NCBI GenBank assembly: GCA_963748815.1
Contig: CAVVKJ010000014.1
Coordinates: 1 to 64,000, forward strand
Reading direction: 5' to 3'
Length of the DNA: 64,000 nucleotides
Source: an uncultured Gemmatimonadales bacterium
GTDB taxonomy: Bacteria; Gemmatimonadota; Gemmatimonadetes; Gemmatimonadales; GWC2-71-9
The translations under genes were made by a program, and so were the position numbers. The notes under the pieces were generated by a model. That model did no database searches. It saw only the letters and a program-made list of their open reading frames with translations, and was not told the DNA's origin. Shown here piece by piece: positions 9,329 to 20,106 of the stretch. Position 1 is the first letter of the stretch. Each line of letters opens with the position of its first letter.

Positions 9329-11114
9329 ATGCGTCGCCTCCTGACTCTTCTCGCCGCCGCGGCCCTGCCCTCCGTCGCCCCGGCCCAGCAGTCCGCTCCC
9401 GTCACCGACATCCGCTACGACCTGACCTTCACCAGCGCCACCGCGCAGGCCCAGAGTCTCTCCGTCACGACGCGGTTCCAGGTGGCCTGGGACCGACCCG
9501 GTGCTCCTGTCGCTGCCCAGCTGGACGCCCGGCGCCTACGAGGTCTCCAACTTTGCCCGGCGGGTCTCGAGCTTCTCAGTTACACAGGGCGGCGTCCCGA
9601 TCACTTGGGACAAGGCCGATCCCGACACCTGGCGCATCCGCCCGACCGCCAAGGGCGAGGTGACCATCACCTTCGACTTCCGGGCCGACCAGCTCGACAA
9701 CGCCATGGCCTGGAGCCGGCCGGACTTCCTGATGGTGAACGGCACGAACGTCTTCCTCTATCCGGAAGGCCGGAGTCTCGACTTCGCCGCGAAGGTCACC
9801 GTCACCACGGAGCCGGCCTGGCGGGTCGCGACCGGCATGACCCCCGACGGCACCCCGCGCGCCTTCCGGGCCGGTAACTACCACGACCTGGTGGACATGC
9901 CGTTCTTTGTCGGCAAATTCGACCTCGACAGCACCCAGGTGGAAGGGAAGTGGATCCGCCTGGCGAGCTACCCCACCGGCACCCTGGCCGGTGCGCAGCG
10001 CGCGACGTTCTGGAGCGAGCTGAAGCGGTACCTGCCGGTCGAGATTGCGGTCTTCGGCGTGGCGCCCTACGAGAGCTACACCAACCTCCTCATTTTCGAC
10101 GAGGAGTACGGCGGCGGGAGCGCGCTCGAGCACCAGAACTCCCACGTGGGCATCTACACGCCGCTGCTCATCGGCAACCCCGTCCTCCCGTCCATCACCG
10201 CGCACGAAATCTTCCACCTCTGGAACGTCAAGCGTCTCCGGCCGGCGGACATGGTGCCGTACGCCTACGACCGCTGGATGCCGACGCCGTGGCTCTGGGT
10301 GAGCGAGGGGATCACCGACTACTACGCCGACGTGGCGCTGGTGCGCGCCGGCGTCATCGACTCGACCGAGTTCCTGGCGCTGACCGCGGGGAAGATGCAG
10401 GAAGTGGCCGATGTGCCGGTCGTGTCGCTCGAGGACGCCTCGATTTCCGCCTGGATCGGGATGACCGACGGCACCGGCTCGATCTACTATCCGAAGGGCT
10501 CGCTGGCCGGCATGCTGCTCGACATCCGGATCCGCGCCGCCAGCGGCAACCGGAAGTCGCTCGACGACGTGATGCGGTCCCTCTACCAGTCCACCTTCGA
10601 AAAGGGCCGGGGCTTCACGGGCAAGGAGTGGTGGGCCGCCGTGTCCGCGGCCGCCGGCGGCGTGTCGTTCGACGACTTCAACGCCCGCTATATTGACGGA
10701 CGCGAGCCGTTTCCGTACGCCGCTGATTTCGCCCTGGCGGGGCTCTCCGCGGTCCTCGACAGCAACCGCGTCGCCCGGCTCGGGATCCAGAGTTCCAACG
10801 ATTCGACGACCATCGTCCTCGCGGTAGCACCGGGGTCGGCCTTCGCCGAGGCGGGAGGGCTCGCCGGCGACGAACTGGTCCGCGTCGGCACCTTCGACGC
10901 GTCCGACCAGGGGTGGGCCGCCCAATTCCGGGGCCGGTACGGCCGTGAGCCGGAAGGGACCATCATTCCGGTGGTGGTGCGGCGGGACGGGGCAGAGCGC
11001 ACCCTGCAGATGCCGCTCCGCTTCGTCACCCTCGTCAGCTACCGCCTGACGTTCGATCCCAACGCCTCGCCGAGCGCCGTCCGGATTCGGCAGGGAATCA
11101 TGACGGGCAGGTAA
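9329..11114 (+). CDS. M61 glycyl aminopeptidase with PDZ-like domain (frameshift near 9490)
   Basis: LPSWTPGAY, GGSALEH, HEIFHLWNVKRLRP, LWVSEGITDYY; signal peptide lies in ORF 9329. Confidence 0.9.
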
Positions 11115-11137
11115 CGCCCCGGAGGGAGGGAGCGCCG

Positions 11138-12018
11138 ATGACACCGATCGTGCCCGTTGCGTACGCCACGATGGTGCTGGCGGCGCTCCTCCTCCCCACA
11201 CCGGTCGACCGCTTCCGCGGCGCGCTTGGCATTCCCCCCTTCCTGCTCGGCGCCGCGAGCATTCCCCTGCTCCCTGATTTTCACGGCCCCTCGCTGACCG
11301 TCTGGATCAGCGGGGCGCTCCTCCTCCTCGGCCCGGGGTTGCTCGCGCTCGCCGCCTGGCGCGGCCGGACCCGGCTGCATGTCGGCGACGTGGCGCCGTG
11401 GGCGTGCCTCCTCGCGGTGGCGGCAGGCCTCGCCGCCGCCTGGCCCACCCTCGACAAGGGCGGCGTGCTTCCGGCGGTGCTCGACCGCCGGCGCGCTCGC
11501 ATTCGGTGGCGCTCGTCTGGCTGATGCTGGGCCGAGGCACCGGGTTGGGGAGGGCGGTGCGCTGGCTCGATGAGCGGATCCCGGCGCTGCGGGGCCGATA
11601 CAGCTGGGGTACGCTGATGTTCGTGGTCGCCGCCGTCCTGTTTCACCTCGCCTGGTTCCGCTGGCCGCTCTGGGTGCTCTCGTGGCAGCCGATCGGCGTC
11701 GGCGTGGCCGTGCTCGGCGTAGCGTGGGCGGTTGCCACCGGCCGGGTGCCGCTCGCGCTGGCGGCCCTCGCCTTCGCGGCGACCTTCGTGGCGCCGGAGG
11801 CGACCATCGGCGGCTGGATCGTGCTGGCCGCGGCCGCCATCGGCGATCCGGGGCGGCCCCGGGTGCTCGCGCTGGCCGCCGCCTTCGGCGCCTGGCTGGT
11901 GTGGCCCGCGCTCCTCGACCAGGAAGTCGTGTTCTCGGTGCTCCTCACCGGGGCGTCGGCGGCGCTGCTCGCGCAACTGTCGCTTCAGGCGCGCGCGGAG
12001 GAGGAGGGCTCGCGTTGA
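11138..12018 (+). CDS. Hypothetical multi-pass membrane protein (frameshift near 11485)
   Basis: Hydrophobic ORFs 11138..11524 and 11398..12018 join; GGAGGGAG RBS. Confidence 0.55.
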
Positions 12019-12043
12019 CCCTCCCGGGAGGGCGGCCCATATT
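12015..12043 (+). promoter_or_regulatory. sigma70-type promoter candidate for the SOD gene
   Basis: TTGACC-N17-CATATT. Confidence 0.5.
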
Positions 12044-12093
12044 ACGAGGTTCAAGTCCGAACGAATCGTTCGCCAATATTCAGGAGTGCCATC

Positions 12094-12699
12094 ATGACGT
12101 TCTCATTGCCCCCTCTTCCATATGATTACACCGCGCTGGAACCCCACATCGACGAAGCCACGATGCGGATCCATCACGACAAGCATCACGCCGCCTATGT
12201 CAACAACCTGAACGCCGCGCTCGACGGCCAGGCCGCGCTCGCCGGGAAGAGCATCGAGGCGATTCTCGCCGATCTCGAAATGGTGCCGGAAGAAGTCCGG
12301 ATGGCCGTCCGCAACAACGGGGGCGGCCACTACAATCACACCATCTTCTGGGAGATGATGACCCCCGGCGGCGCGAAGGAGCCGGGCGGCGCGCTCGCCA
12401 AGGCCATGACCGACACCTTCGGCGGCCTCGCCACCTTCAAGGAGCAGTTCGCCAAGGCGGGCGCCACCCGCTTCGGGTCCGGCTGGGCCTGGCTCACGAT
12501 GGATAACGCCGGCAAGCTCGCGGTCGAGAGCACCCCCAACCAGGACAGTCCCCTCTCGGCGGGCCGCACGCCGCTCCTCGGCTGCGACGTCTGGGAACAC
12601 GCCTACTACCTCAAGTACCAGAACCGCCGGCCCGACTACATGGCGGCGTGGTGGAACGTGGTGAACTGGGACGTCGTCGCCGCGCGATACGGCAAGTAA
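12094..12699 (+). CDS. sodA: Superoxide dismutase, Mn-type signature
   Basis: [34 protein letters not shown]. Confidence 0.95.
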   Translation: MTFSLPPLPYDYTALEPHIDEATMRIHHDKHHAAYVNNLNAALDGQAALAGKSIEAILADLEMVPEEVRMAVRNNGGGHYNHTIFWEMMTPGGAKEPGGALAKAMTDTFGGLATFKEQFAKAGATRFGSGWAWLTMDNAGKLAVESTPNQDSPLSAGRTPLLGCDVWEHAYYLKYQNRRPDYMAAWWNVVNWDVVAARYGK

Positions 12700-12744
12700 G
12701 ACAGGACCGAGGGCCGAGGACGCACGCGCCTCGAGACCCCTGGG

Positions 12745-15144
12745 ATGACGGCTTTGATTCGGCGGGTGGCGGTGGTCACGCGCGAGGGTGCGGCCGCGGA
12801 GGTGCGCGCGTTCGTCGGCGCCCTGTCGGGGATCAGTGCGCGCGTCACCACCGATCTCGCCACGGTGTCGCTCGACGACACCGACGGTCTCTGGCTCCAC
12901 GACGTCTCCCCGCCTGTCCCTGAGCTGCTCCCCTGGCTTCGCTCCGGCGGCCGCCTCCTCGCCACGCTGTCGGCCGTGGACGTGCCTTCGACGCTTGGCC
13001 TGGAAAGCGTCCCTCCCGACGACGTGCGCGATTCGCTCTGGGAGACGGAGCCCGCCGACCCCGCGCCGCGCGGCCTGGCGGGGTTCGGACCCCATCCCCT
13101 GTTCGAGGGACTGCAGCAGGGGACCTGCACCTGGGTCCCGACTCCCGGCGCACCCTACCGCTGGGCCACCTATCTCGCCGGCCGGCCCGCTGCCGCCGCC
13201 GTGGTTGCGGTGGAACGGGTGGGCCTCGAACTCATCCCGTCGCGCATTGTCGCGTGGGAGTACGCCGTCGGCGACGGCGGATTGCTCTGCATCGGGAGCG
13301 GCATCGCGCTCGATCCGGCCAGTCAGCCCTGCGCGCCGCAGCTGCGGACGCTCCTCGGCAATGCCCTCGTCGGCCAGGGCATTCCCCATCGGACCCGCCT
13401 GACCGCCGCCCCCCACTGGACGGTTCCCGGCCAGCGGGTGGTGCGGCAGGATCTCGCCTCCGTTCCCGAGCTGCCGGAGATTACCGGCGCCTGGCACGAC
13501 GCGACGGCAGCGGCCTCCAACGAGGCAGCTGGCGACGCCACAGCGCGTTGGCGGCGCTCCGGTCGCCGGGTGTCGCTGCTCGGTGGAGACGGCGACGGAG
13601 TGCGGGAAGCGTGGATTCATCCCTGGTCGATCATCCGTGAGGCGACGGCGTCGGTGCGCGGCCCGACCGCGGCGGTGGTCGCCGTCGCCACCCGGTGGAC
13701 CGCGGCGCTCGAGCACCCCGTCATCTACTGGGAGGCGGTCGCCACGGACGCCGGGACGCTTCTCCTCGAATGGACCAGCGATCTGCGGCGCTCGTGGCCC
13801 TATCCAGCCGGCTGTGGCGGCGACCTCGAGCTGACGGTGGCCCCCGGTGGCCGCCGCGCCGCGCTCGGCGCCATCGGCGATCCGTTCCGGCTGATCATCG
13901 ATGTGGAGGGCGGTACCCTGGAGGCGGCGCCGGCGGAGGGGCCCGCCGTCCGCTTCTCGCTGCGCGGGGCGGGCAGGTGCCGGGTGCGATTCACCGGGGC
14001 CGCCGACGACGCCGACCTCGAGCGATCACGGGAAATGCTGGCGCGCCGCGGGTTGCCGGGCATCCGGAAGCAGCGCGAGGATCACGAACGCGAACTGGCG
14101 ACTTACGCCACCTCGATCGAGACGCCGGAGCCGGCGCTCGTTGCAGCGTTCGAGCGGGCCAAGCTATCGCTGGATGGCGGACTGGTGGGGACGCCAGGGG
14201 TTGGGCGGTGTCTCGCGGTCGAGTCGCCGGGAGACCGCCCCGGCGCGGTCTGGTATGACGGCCCGGACGGGTGTCTCGGCGCCATGGCACAGCTCGCCGC
14301 CGGGGATCGCGCGGCGCCCCGTGACACCCTGAAGTTTCTCTCGCTCACGCAGGATGTGGACGGTCGCATCGTCGAGGGGTGTTCCACGAGCGGACTGGCG
14401 AGTCACCGTGCCACGCCGGCGGCGCCGCTCTACCTCCTCCTCGCCGCACGGTACGCCGCATGGACCGGCGAACTCGACTTCCTCTCCCGGCGCTGGGCCG
14501 CCATCCGTCGGGCGTACGAACTGGGGATGACCCTGCGGCCCTGGGAGGGTGACCCCGACGCTGCCGCCCCCTGGGCGGCGGCGTTCGAGTCGCTGCAACC
14601 GCTGGCCGAGGCGCTCGGTCATCCGGAGATCGCCGAGGAGTTGGCGGTGGCGGCCGGGGGTGCCCGGTCGGCGTCCGGCTCCGCTACTTTTCTCACCAGA
14701 CCTGCGGCGCTCATGGAATTCGACGGGGGACGGTTCGTGGAGGGGTTGGACGCCTGGCGCCGGCTCGCCGCGCAGCCCATGACGGGCGGCGACCTGGCCC
14801 TCCCCGGCGCCGTCGCGCGGGTCGCCGTCGAGGGACTCTGGGGCGTCGTGCCGAACGCCCTCGAAAGCGCCGTGCGCTTTGCGCCCTGGTTCCCGCCCGA
14901 GTGGGACGCCATGGCCATCGAACGGGTCCGTGTCGGCCGCACGGTGCTCACGGTCCGGCTCCGCCGCCGCTTCGGACAGGTGGCGGCGCGGGTCGAGCGG
15001 GTGCACGGACCCCGGATGCATGTGGAGTTCTCGCTCCGGGGGAGTGCCGTGAACCCGACCGTCCTGGTGGACGATGTGGAGCTGCAGGGGGACCGGGTGG
15101 CCTTCGAGGCCGACGGCGCTCACGCACTCGTCTGGCATTCCTGA
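12745..15144 (+). CDS. Glycogen-debranching/amylo-alpha-1,6-glucosidase-like protein, divergent
   Basis: C-terminal segment TPGVGRCL...WYDGPDG...Q DVDGRI...APLYLLLAARY resembles GDE_C (alpha/alpha)6 proteins. Confidence 0.5.
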   Translation: MTALIRRVAVVTREGAAAEVRAFVGALSGISARVTTDLATVSLDDTDGLWLHDVSPPVPELLPWLRSGGRLLATLSAVDVPSTLGLESVPPDDVRDSLWETEPADPAPRGLAGFGPHPLFEGLQQGTCTWVPTPGAPYRWATYLAGRPAAAAVVAVERVGLELIPSRIVAWEYAVGDGGLLCIGSGIALDPASQPCAPQLRTLLGNALVGQGIPHRTRLTAAPHWTVPGQRVVRQDLASVPELPEITGAWHDATAAASNEAAGDATARWRRSGRRVSLLGGDGDGVREAWIHPWSIIREATASVRGPTAAVVAVATRWTAALEHPVIYWEAVATDAGTLLLEWTSDLRRSWPYPAGCGGDLELTVAPGGRRAALGAIGDPFRLIIDVEGGTLEAAPAEGPAVRFSLRGAGRCRVRFTGAADDADLERSREMLARRGLPGIRKQREDHERELATYATSIETPEPALVAAFERAKLSLDGGLVGTPGVGRCLAVESPGDRPGAVWYDGPDGCLGAMAQLAAGDRAAPRDTLKFLSLTQDVDGRIVEGCSTSGLASHRATPAAPLYLLLAARYAAWTGELDFLSRRWAAIRRAYELGMTLRPWEGDPDAAAPWAAAFESLQPLAEALGHPEIAEELAVAAGGARSASGSATFLTRPAALMEFDGGRFVEGLDAWRRLAAQPMTGGDLALPGAVARVAVEGLWGVVPNALESAVRFAPWFPPEWDAMAIERVRVGRTVLTVRLRRRFGQVAARVERVHGPRMHVEFSLRGSAVNPTVLVDDVELQGDRVAFEADGAHALVWHS

Positions 15145-15171
15145 GTTTTCCTCTTGAAGAGTCGCGATCCC

Positions 15172-15498
15172 ATGCGCACCCCGTTCCGCCCCGCCCTGGC
15201 GCTCGTCGTCCTCCTTGCCACCGGATGCCGCCTCGAGTCGCACCCGCCGCCGGGGGTGCCGGCCGACGAGGCCGCCATCCGCTCCGCCGTCGCGGCCTGG
15301 CTGGCGAAGGCCGAGCCGTGGGCGCAGGTGCTGCGCACCGATGTGCGGCAGGATCGCGACCTCGCCTCCGCCTGGGTGGTCACCTCGCCACCGTCGAACG
15401 AGGGGCAGGGGGAGCGCACCACCTTGCTCGTCCTCCGGCGGGACGCCACCGGCTGGACGGTCGAGTACCGGGCGTCGCCCACCCGCAATCGCCCGTAG
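15172..15498 (+). CDS. Hypothetical lipoprotein (NTF2-like)
   Basis: Lipobox LATGC; DEAAIR...LVLRRDATGWTV. Confidence 0.55.
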   Translation: MRTPFRPALALVVLLATGCRLESHPPPGVPADEAAIRSAVAAWLAKAEPWAQVLRTDVRQDRDLASAWVVTSPPSNEGQGERTTLLVLRRDATGWTVEYRASPTRNRP

Positions 15499-15564
15499 GC
15501 GCCACGTCGACCCATTGGCGCCGGGTCCGGTCGCGGGTTCTATTTCGCTCATGACGAGGATCTG

Positions 15565-17085
15565 GTGATCGAAGCCACCACCGGAGCCGCCGGGGCGCTC
15601 GACCTGGTCGGCGCCGTCGCGCGGCTCCTGAACGGGAGCGACTCGAAGGATGCGATCGGCCGGGTGGCCGAGCTCCTCCGCCGCGGCGTGCCCGCCGCCT
15701 CGGTCACCATCTGGGTCCGCCAGCCGAGCGGCGCCGCCTTCTCGCCGTTCATCTCGCCGGTCCCGCCGAACCCGCCCTTTGCCCTCCCGACGCTCGACGC
15801 GCTGCCGCCGGCGGACGCGGAGGGGCTTCGCCTCCCGCTGGAACACGACGGCACGCTGGTGGGGATGCTCGCGCTGGAAGGGATCGGCCCCGGGGCGGGC
15901 CGGCTCGCCTCCTCCATCGTGGCCGACCTGCTGGCCCCGCACATCGCGCTGATCGAGCTCTCCGAGGACCTCGCCTTCGAGGTCGCCGTGCGGGCACGGC
16001 AGATCGAGGAGCAGCGCCGCTTTACCGGGCTCGTCATCGACTCCCTCCCGGTCGGGCTCTACGTGGTCGATCGCGAGTACCGCATCCAGATCTGGAACCG
16101 GAAGCGGGAAACCGGCACCCAGGGCGTGCACCGCGACGAGGTGGTCGGCCGGCCGGTGTTCGAGGTGCTCACCCGCCAGTCGGCGGAGCAGCTCAAGTCG
16201 GAGTTCGACCAGATCTTCGAGTCGGGGCAGATGTCCCAGATGGACATCGAGGTGGATGACCCCAGCGGCGGCCGCTTCTACCGGATCAGCAAGATTCCGA
16301 TGCGCCTCGGCGGCGACCAGATTTCCCACGTGATCACGATCGGGGAAGACGTCACCGAGTGGTACCGCATCCACCGGCGGATCATGCAGAACGAGAAGCT
16401 GGCGGCGGTCGGCCAGCTCGCCGCCGGCATCATGCACGAGATCAACAACCCGCTGGCCACGATCGGCGCCTGCGCCGCCGCCATGGAAGGGCGGCTCGAC
16501 GAGGTGCCGGAGGCCGCCCAGGGGGCGTTCCGGGAGTACATCGACATCATCGACAAGGAAGTCGACCGTTGCACCAATATTGTCGACGGCCTCCTCGACT
16601 TCAGCCGACCCAAGGGCATGCAGAAGAGCCCCGTCACCGTCAACACGGTCATCGAGGACACCTTCTTCCTGCTCAAGCATCACACCCGGTTCAAGAAGCT
16701 CACCGTCCAGCGCGAGCTGGGCGATGGGCTGCCCCGGGTGCTCGCCAACGCGGAGCAGCTGGTGCAGGTGCTGATGTCGCTGATGCTCAACGCCCTCGAC
16801 GCGATGGAGGCGGGGAACGGCCGCCTCACGGTGCGGAGTGCCATGGGCGGGCACCGCGGCGCGGAGGTGATCATCGAGGTGCAGGACACCGGCGTCGGGA
16901 TTCCGCGGTCGGAACAGACCAAGATCTTCGAGCCGTTCTACACGACCAAGACCCAGGGGCGGGGCACGGGGCTCGGCCTCTCCATCTGCTACGGCATCGT
17001 CGAAGACCACAACGGCCGGCTCGAGGTCGACAGCCAGCCCGGCCTCGGCGCGACGTTCCGTGTCTGCCTCCCGGCGCTCCCATGA
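15565..17085 (+). CDS. Cytoplasmic GAF-like/PAS sensor histidine kinase (NtrB-type)
   Basis: LAAGIMHEINNPL H-box, NALDA, DTGVGI, FEPFYTTK, GTGLGL. Confidence 0.9.
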   Translation: MIEATTGAAGALDLVGAVARLLNGSDSKDAIGRVAELLRRGVPAASVTIWVRQPSGAAFSPFISPVPPNPPFALPTLDALPPADAEGLRLPLEHDGTLVGMLALEGIGPGAGRLASSIVADLLAPHIALIELSEDLAFEVAVRARQIEEQRRFTGLVIDSLPVGLYVVDREYRIQIWNRKRETGTQGVHRDEVVGRPVFEVLTRQSAEQLKSEFDQIFESGQMSQMDIEVDDPSGGRFYRISKIPMRLGGDQISHVITIGEDVTEWYRIHRRIMQNEKLAAVGQLAAGIMHEINNPLATIGACAAAMEGRLDEVPEAAQGAFREYIDIIDKEVDRCTNIVDGLLDFSRPKGMQKSPVTVNTVIEDTFFLLKHHTRFKKLTVQRELGDGLPRVLANAEQLVQVLMSLMLNALDAMEAGNGRLTVRSAMGGHRGAEVIIEVQDTGVGIPRSEQTKIFEPFYTTKTQGRGTGLGLSICYGIVEDHNGRLEVDSQPGLGATFRVCLPALP

Positions 17086-17750
17086 AGATCCTCGTCGTCG
17101 AAGACGATCCGACCGTCGGCCCCTACGTCAAGCGCGGGCTCGAGGAGCACCAGAACCACGTCGACCTGGTGGACGACGGCCTCGAGGCGCTGCGGCTGGC
17201 GTCGGGCGGATTGTACGACCTGCTGGTCCTCGATCTCCGGCTCCCCGGGATGACCGGCCTGGAAATTGTGCGGACGCTTCGTGACCGAGGCATCACCACG
17301 CCGATCCTGATCCTCACGGCGCAGGACGCGGTGGACTTCAAGGTGCAGACGCTGCGCGCCGGCGCCGACGACTACGTGACCAAGCCGTTCGCCTTCGAGG
17401 AGCTCCTGGCGCGGGTGGAGGCCATCGGCCGCCGGCCGAAGCAGGTGGCGCCGCCGACCCTCGTCGTGGGGAGCCTCTCGCTCGACACCGGGACGCGCGA
17501 GGTCCGCCGGGCCGGGGAACTGCTCGAGGTGACGCCCAAGGAGTACGCCGTCCTCGAGTACCTGATGCGGCACGCCGGGCGGGTCATGAGCCGCACGCTC
17601 ATTACCGAGTACGCCTGGGACTATCACTTCGATCCGGGCACGAACATCGTGGATGTCGTGATCAACCGGCTCCGCAAGAAGGTGGACTCCGGCCACGACG
17701 AGAAGCTGATCCACACGGTCCGCGGCGTGGGGTACGTGGTCAAGGCGTGA
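17082..17750 (+). CDS. OmpR/PhoB-family response regulator (CusR-like)
   Basis: MKILVVEDD, LDLRLP, GADDYVTKPF, LIHTVRGVGY; ATGA overlap with the upstream kinase. Confidence 0.92.
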   Translation: MKILVVEDDPTVGPYVKRGLEEHQNHVDLVDDGLEALRLASGGLYDLLVLDLRLPGMTGLEIVRTLRDRGITTPILILTAQDAVDFKVQTLRAGADDYVTKPFAFEELLARVEAIGRRPKQVAPPTLVVGSLSLDTGTREVRRAGELLEVTPKEYAVLEYLMRHAGRVMSRTLITEYAWDYHFDPGTNIVDVVINRLRKKVDSGHDEKLIHTVRGVGYVVKA

Positions 17751-19207
17751 GCACCATCCGCGGGCGCCTCACGTTCTGGTACACCGTCGCGCTGACGGCG
17801 ACGGTCCTCGTGTTCGGCACCGCCCTCTATCTCGAGCGCCGGCAGTCCAGCGTCCGCGAGCTCGACCAGCGACTCGCGCTCGAGGCCGACTTCGCGCGGC
17901 GCTGGCTCAACGAGTCGTACCAGGTGCTCTCCACGGTGCTGCGGCCCACCGACCCGCAGGAAATCCAGCCGGGCGTGGCGGCCAACTTCGAGGGGGTGCG
18001 CGACCTCCTCCTGGTGTTCGACCGGAGCGGACGGACCCTCTACCTCAACGATCCGGTCCGGCAGCTGAACTTCGCGGCCATCGAACGGCTGGTCGCGCTC
18101 GCCGGCCCCGCTCCCGTCCCGCCCTCCACCGGCACCGCCGTCCTCCCCGGCGGCGCGGAACCGATGCGCCATGTGACGCTGCCAGTCGAGGGTGCGGGCA
18201 CCGAGGTGGGGGCCGTGGTGGTGGCCGCCCCCCTCTCCGCCGTGGCGTTCGGGCCGGCCGACCTCGTGCGGTCGATGGTCCTCGTCGTCCCGCTCATCCT
18301 GCTCGCGTCGACCGTGCTCGGGTGGTTCCTGGCGGGGCGCGCCATGCGCCCGGTCGAGCGATTGATGGACGAGGTGCAGGAGGTGACCGACGGGCGGAGC
18401 CTCCACCGCCGGGTGGCCGTGCCGACCTCGGGCGACGAACTCGCCCGGCTGGCGGTGACCCTGAACGCCATGTTCAGCCGGCTGGAACAGAGCTTCAGCC
18501 AGTTGCGCCGCTTCACCGCCGATGCGAGCCACGAGCTCAAGACGCCGTTGACGGTGCTCCGGACCGGTGTGGAGCGGTCGCTGGTCCATCCTGGCACGCC
18601 GCCCGAAGTCCTCGAGGCGCTGGATACGACCCTCGAACAACTCAACCAGCTGAACGAGCTGGTGGACAGCCTCCTGATGCTGGCCCGGGCCGATGAGGGG
18701 CGGGCGCCGCTGGCGCTCGAGACGCAGGACCTGCGCGCGCTGGTGGTCGATGTCGGCGAGACCGCCGAGATGCTGGGGGAACAGCACGGCCTGACCACGC
18801 AGGTGGTCGTGCCCGGTCACGCGGTGGAGGTGCAGGTCGACGCCCACCGGATGCAGCAGTTGCTGCTCAACCTGGTGACCAACGCCGTCAAGTACACGCC
18901 GGCGGGGGGCTCCGTGGCGGTGATCCTCGAGGCCGAGGGGGAGGAGGCCCGGCTGACGGTGCGAGATTCCGGCATCGGCATCGCGTCGGTGGACCTGCCC
19001 CATATCTTCGACCGTTTCTGGCGGGCCGATCCGGCCCGGTCCCGGACCGGAGACCGTCCGGGGGTCGGGTTGGGGCTGGCGATCACGAAATGGATCGCGG
19101 AGGCCCACGGGGGGACGATCACGGTGCAGAGCCGTCCCGGCCGGGGGTCGAGTTTCGTGGTGAGTTTGCCGCGTGCGGGGGGTAGCGGAGCGGGCGGCGG
19201 GGGGTAG
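17747..19207 (+). CDS. Membrane HAMP sensor histidine kinase (CusS/PhoR-like)
   Basis: Two TMs, HAMP (DELARLAVTLN), FTADASHELKTPL, NAVKY, GLGLAI. Confidence 0.92.
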   Translation: MSTIRGRLTFWYTVALTATVLVFGTALYLERRQSSVRELDQRLALEADFARRWLNESYQVLSTVLRPTDPQEIQPGVAANFEGVRDLLLVFDRSGRTLYLNDPVRQLNFAAIERLVALAGPAPVPPSTGTAVLPGGAEPMRHVTLPVEGAGTEVGAVVVAAPLSAVAFGPADLVRSMVLVVPLILLASTVLGWFLAGRAMRPVERLMDEVQEVTDGRSLHRRVAVPTSGDELARLAVTLNAMFSRLEQSFSQLRRFTADASHELKTPLTVLRTGVERSLVHPGTPPEVLEALDTTLEQLNQLNELVDSLLMLARADEGRAPLALETQDLRALVVDVGETAEMLGEQHGLTTQVVVPGHAVEVQVDAHRMQQLLLNLVTNAVKYTPAGGSVAVILEAEGEEARLTVRDSGIGIASVDLPHIFDRFWRADPARSRTGDRPGVGLGLAITKWIAEAHGGTITVQSRPGRGSSFVVSLPRAGGSGAGGGG

Positions 19208-19244
19208 ATTCACCTCCTTGCCGGTGCCAATCGGCTGCGCGGAC

Positions 19245-19273
19245 TCCTCATTTCATTGTTATCAATTTGTCAT
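19245..19273 (+). promoter_or_regulatory. PhoB/OmpR-type direct-repeat box
   Basis: TCCTCAT-N4-TTGTTAT-N4-TTGTCAT, 11-bp period, in an AT-rich island. Confidence 0.55.
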
Positions 19274-19346
19274 CTAAGGGCCACACGGAGGCAAGACGGG
19301 TTGCGTAGGTTGCAACACATGCCTGACTCACCACGGAGGTAGGACC

Positions 19347-20039
19347 GTGTTCGAGGTTCTGGTTGAATCCAAGCCCCCCAAGCAGCGTACCGCCGGCCAG
19401 TTCGTGGTCTCGGTCGTGCTGCACGCCATCCTGATCACGGGTGCCGTCATCGCCACGACCGGCGCGGCCGAGGTGGTGCGGGAGCGGCTGGCGGACACCA
19501 CGCTGGTGTTCCTCGCCCCGCCCAAGCCCGAGGCCCCGCCGCCGGAGCAGCCGCCGCCGGACGCCATCGTGAGCGCCAACCCGCCGCCGCGCGGGTTCCA
19601 GACGGTGGTCGCCGTGCAGGACATCCCCACGGAAATCCCGCCGATCAACCTGAACGAGCGGTTCGATCCGAAGGACTTCACCGGCACCGGCGTGCAGGGT
19701 GGCATCGCGGTCGGTGTCGTCGGCGGCACCGGTCCGGTGACCGGCGAGACCTACCTCGAGGCCCAGGTGGACGATCCGCCGGAGCTGATTTCCGCCGGGC
19801 CGCGCCGCTACCCGCCGGTGCTCGAGCGGGCCGGGATCGGGGGCCGGGTGGTGGCGCAGTTCGTCATCGATACCACCGGCCATCCTGAAGCGGCCGGGTT
19901 CCGCGTCGTCAACACCACCAACCCGGCGTTCAACGAGCCGGCCAAGGAAATGATCATGAAGAGCGTCTTCCGCCCGGGCCGCGTGCGCGGGCAGGCGGTA
20001 CGCGTGCAGGTGCAGCAGGCGGTTGGTTTCAACCCGTAG
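19347..20039 (+). CDS. tonB: Energy transducer TonB
   Basis: TM anchor SVVLH, Pro-rich linker, YP...GIGGRVVAQFVID C-terminal domain. Confidence 0.85.
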   Translation: MFEVLVESKPPKQRTAGQFVVSVVLHAILITGAVIATTGAAEVVRERLADTTLVFLAPPKPEAPPPEQPPPDAIVSANPPPRGFQTVVAVQDIPTEIPPINLNERFDPKDFTGTGVQGGIAVGVVGGTGPVTGETYLEAQVDDPPELISAGPRRYPPVLERAGIGGRVVAQFVIDTTGHPEAAGFRVVNTTNPAFNEPAKEMIMKSVFRPGRVRGQAVRVQVQQAVGFNP

Positions 20040-20106
20040 CCCACGAGTTCACCCCCGCCGCCGGCGCCGCCGGCGGCCCGCAGCAGGCTCTCAGGAGGTT
20101 CGACCG

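Noticed and set aside
9480..9500. Programmed ribosomal frameshifting in split genes
   Set aside because: No slippery heptamers noticed at the breaks, and many unrelated genes are affected, so sequencing error is simpler.
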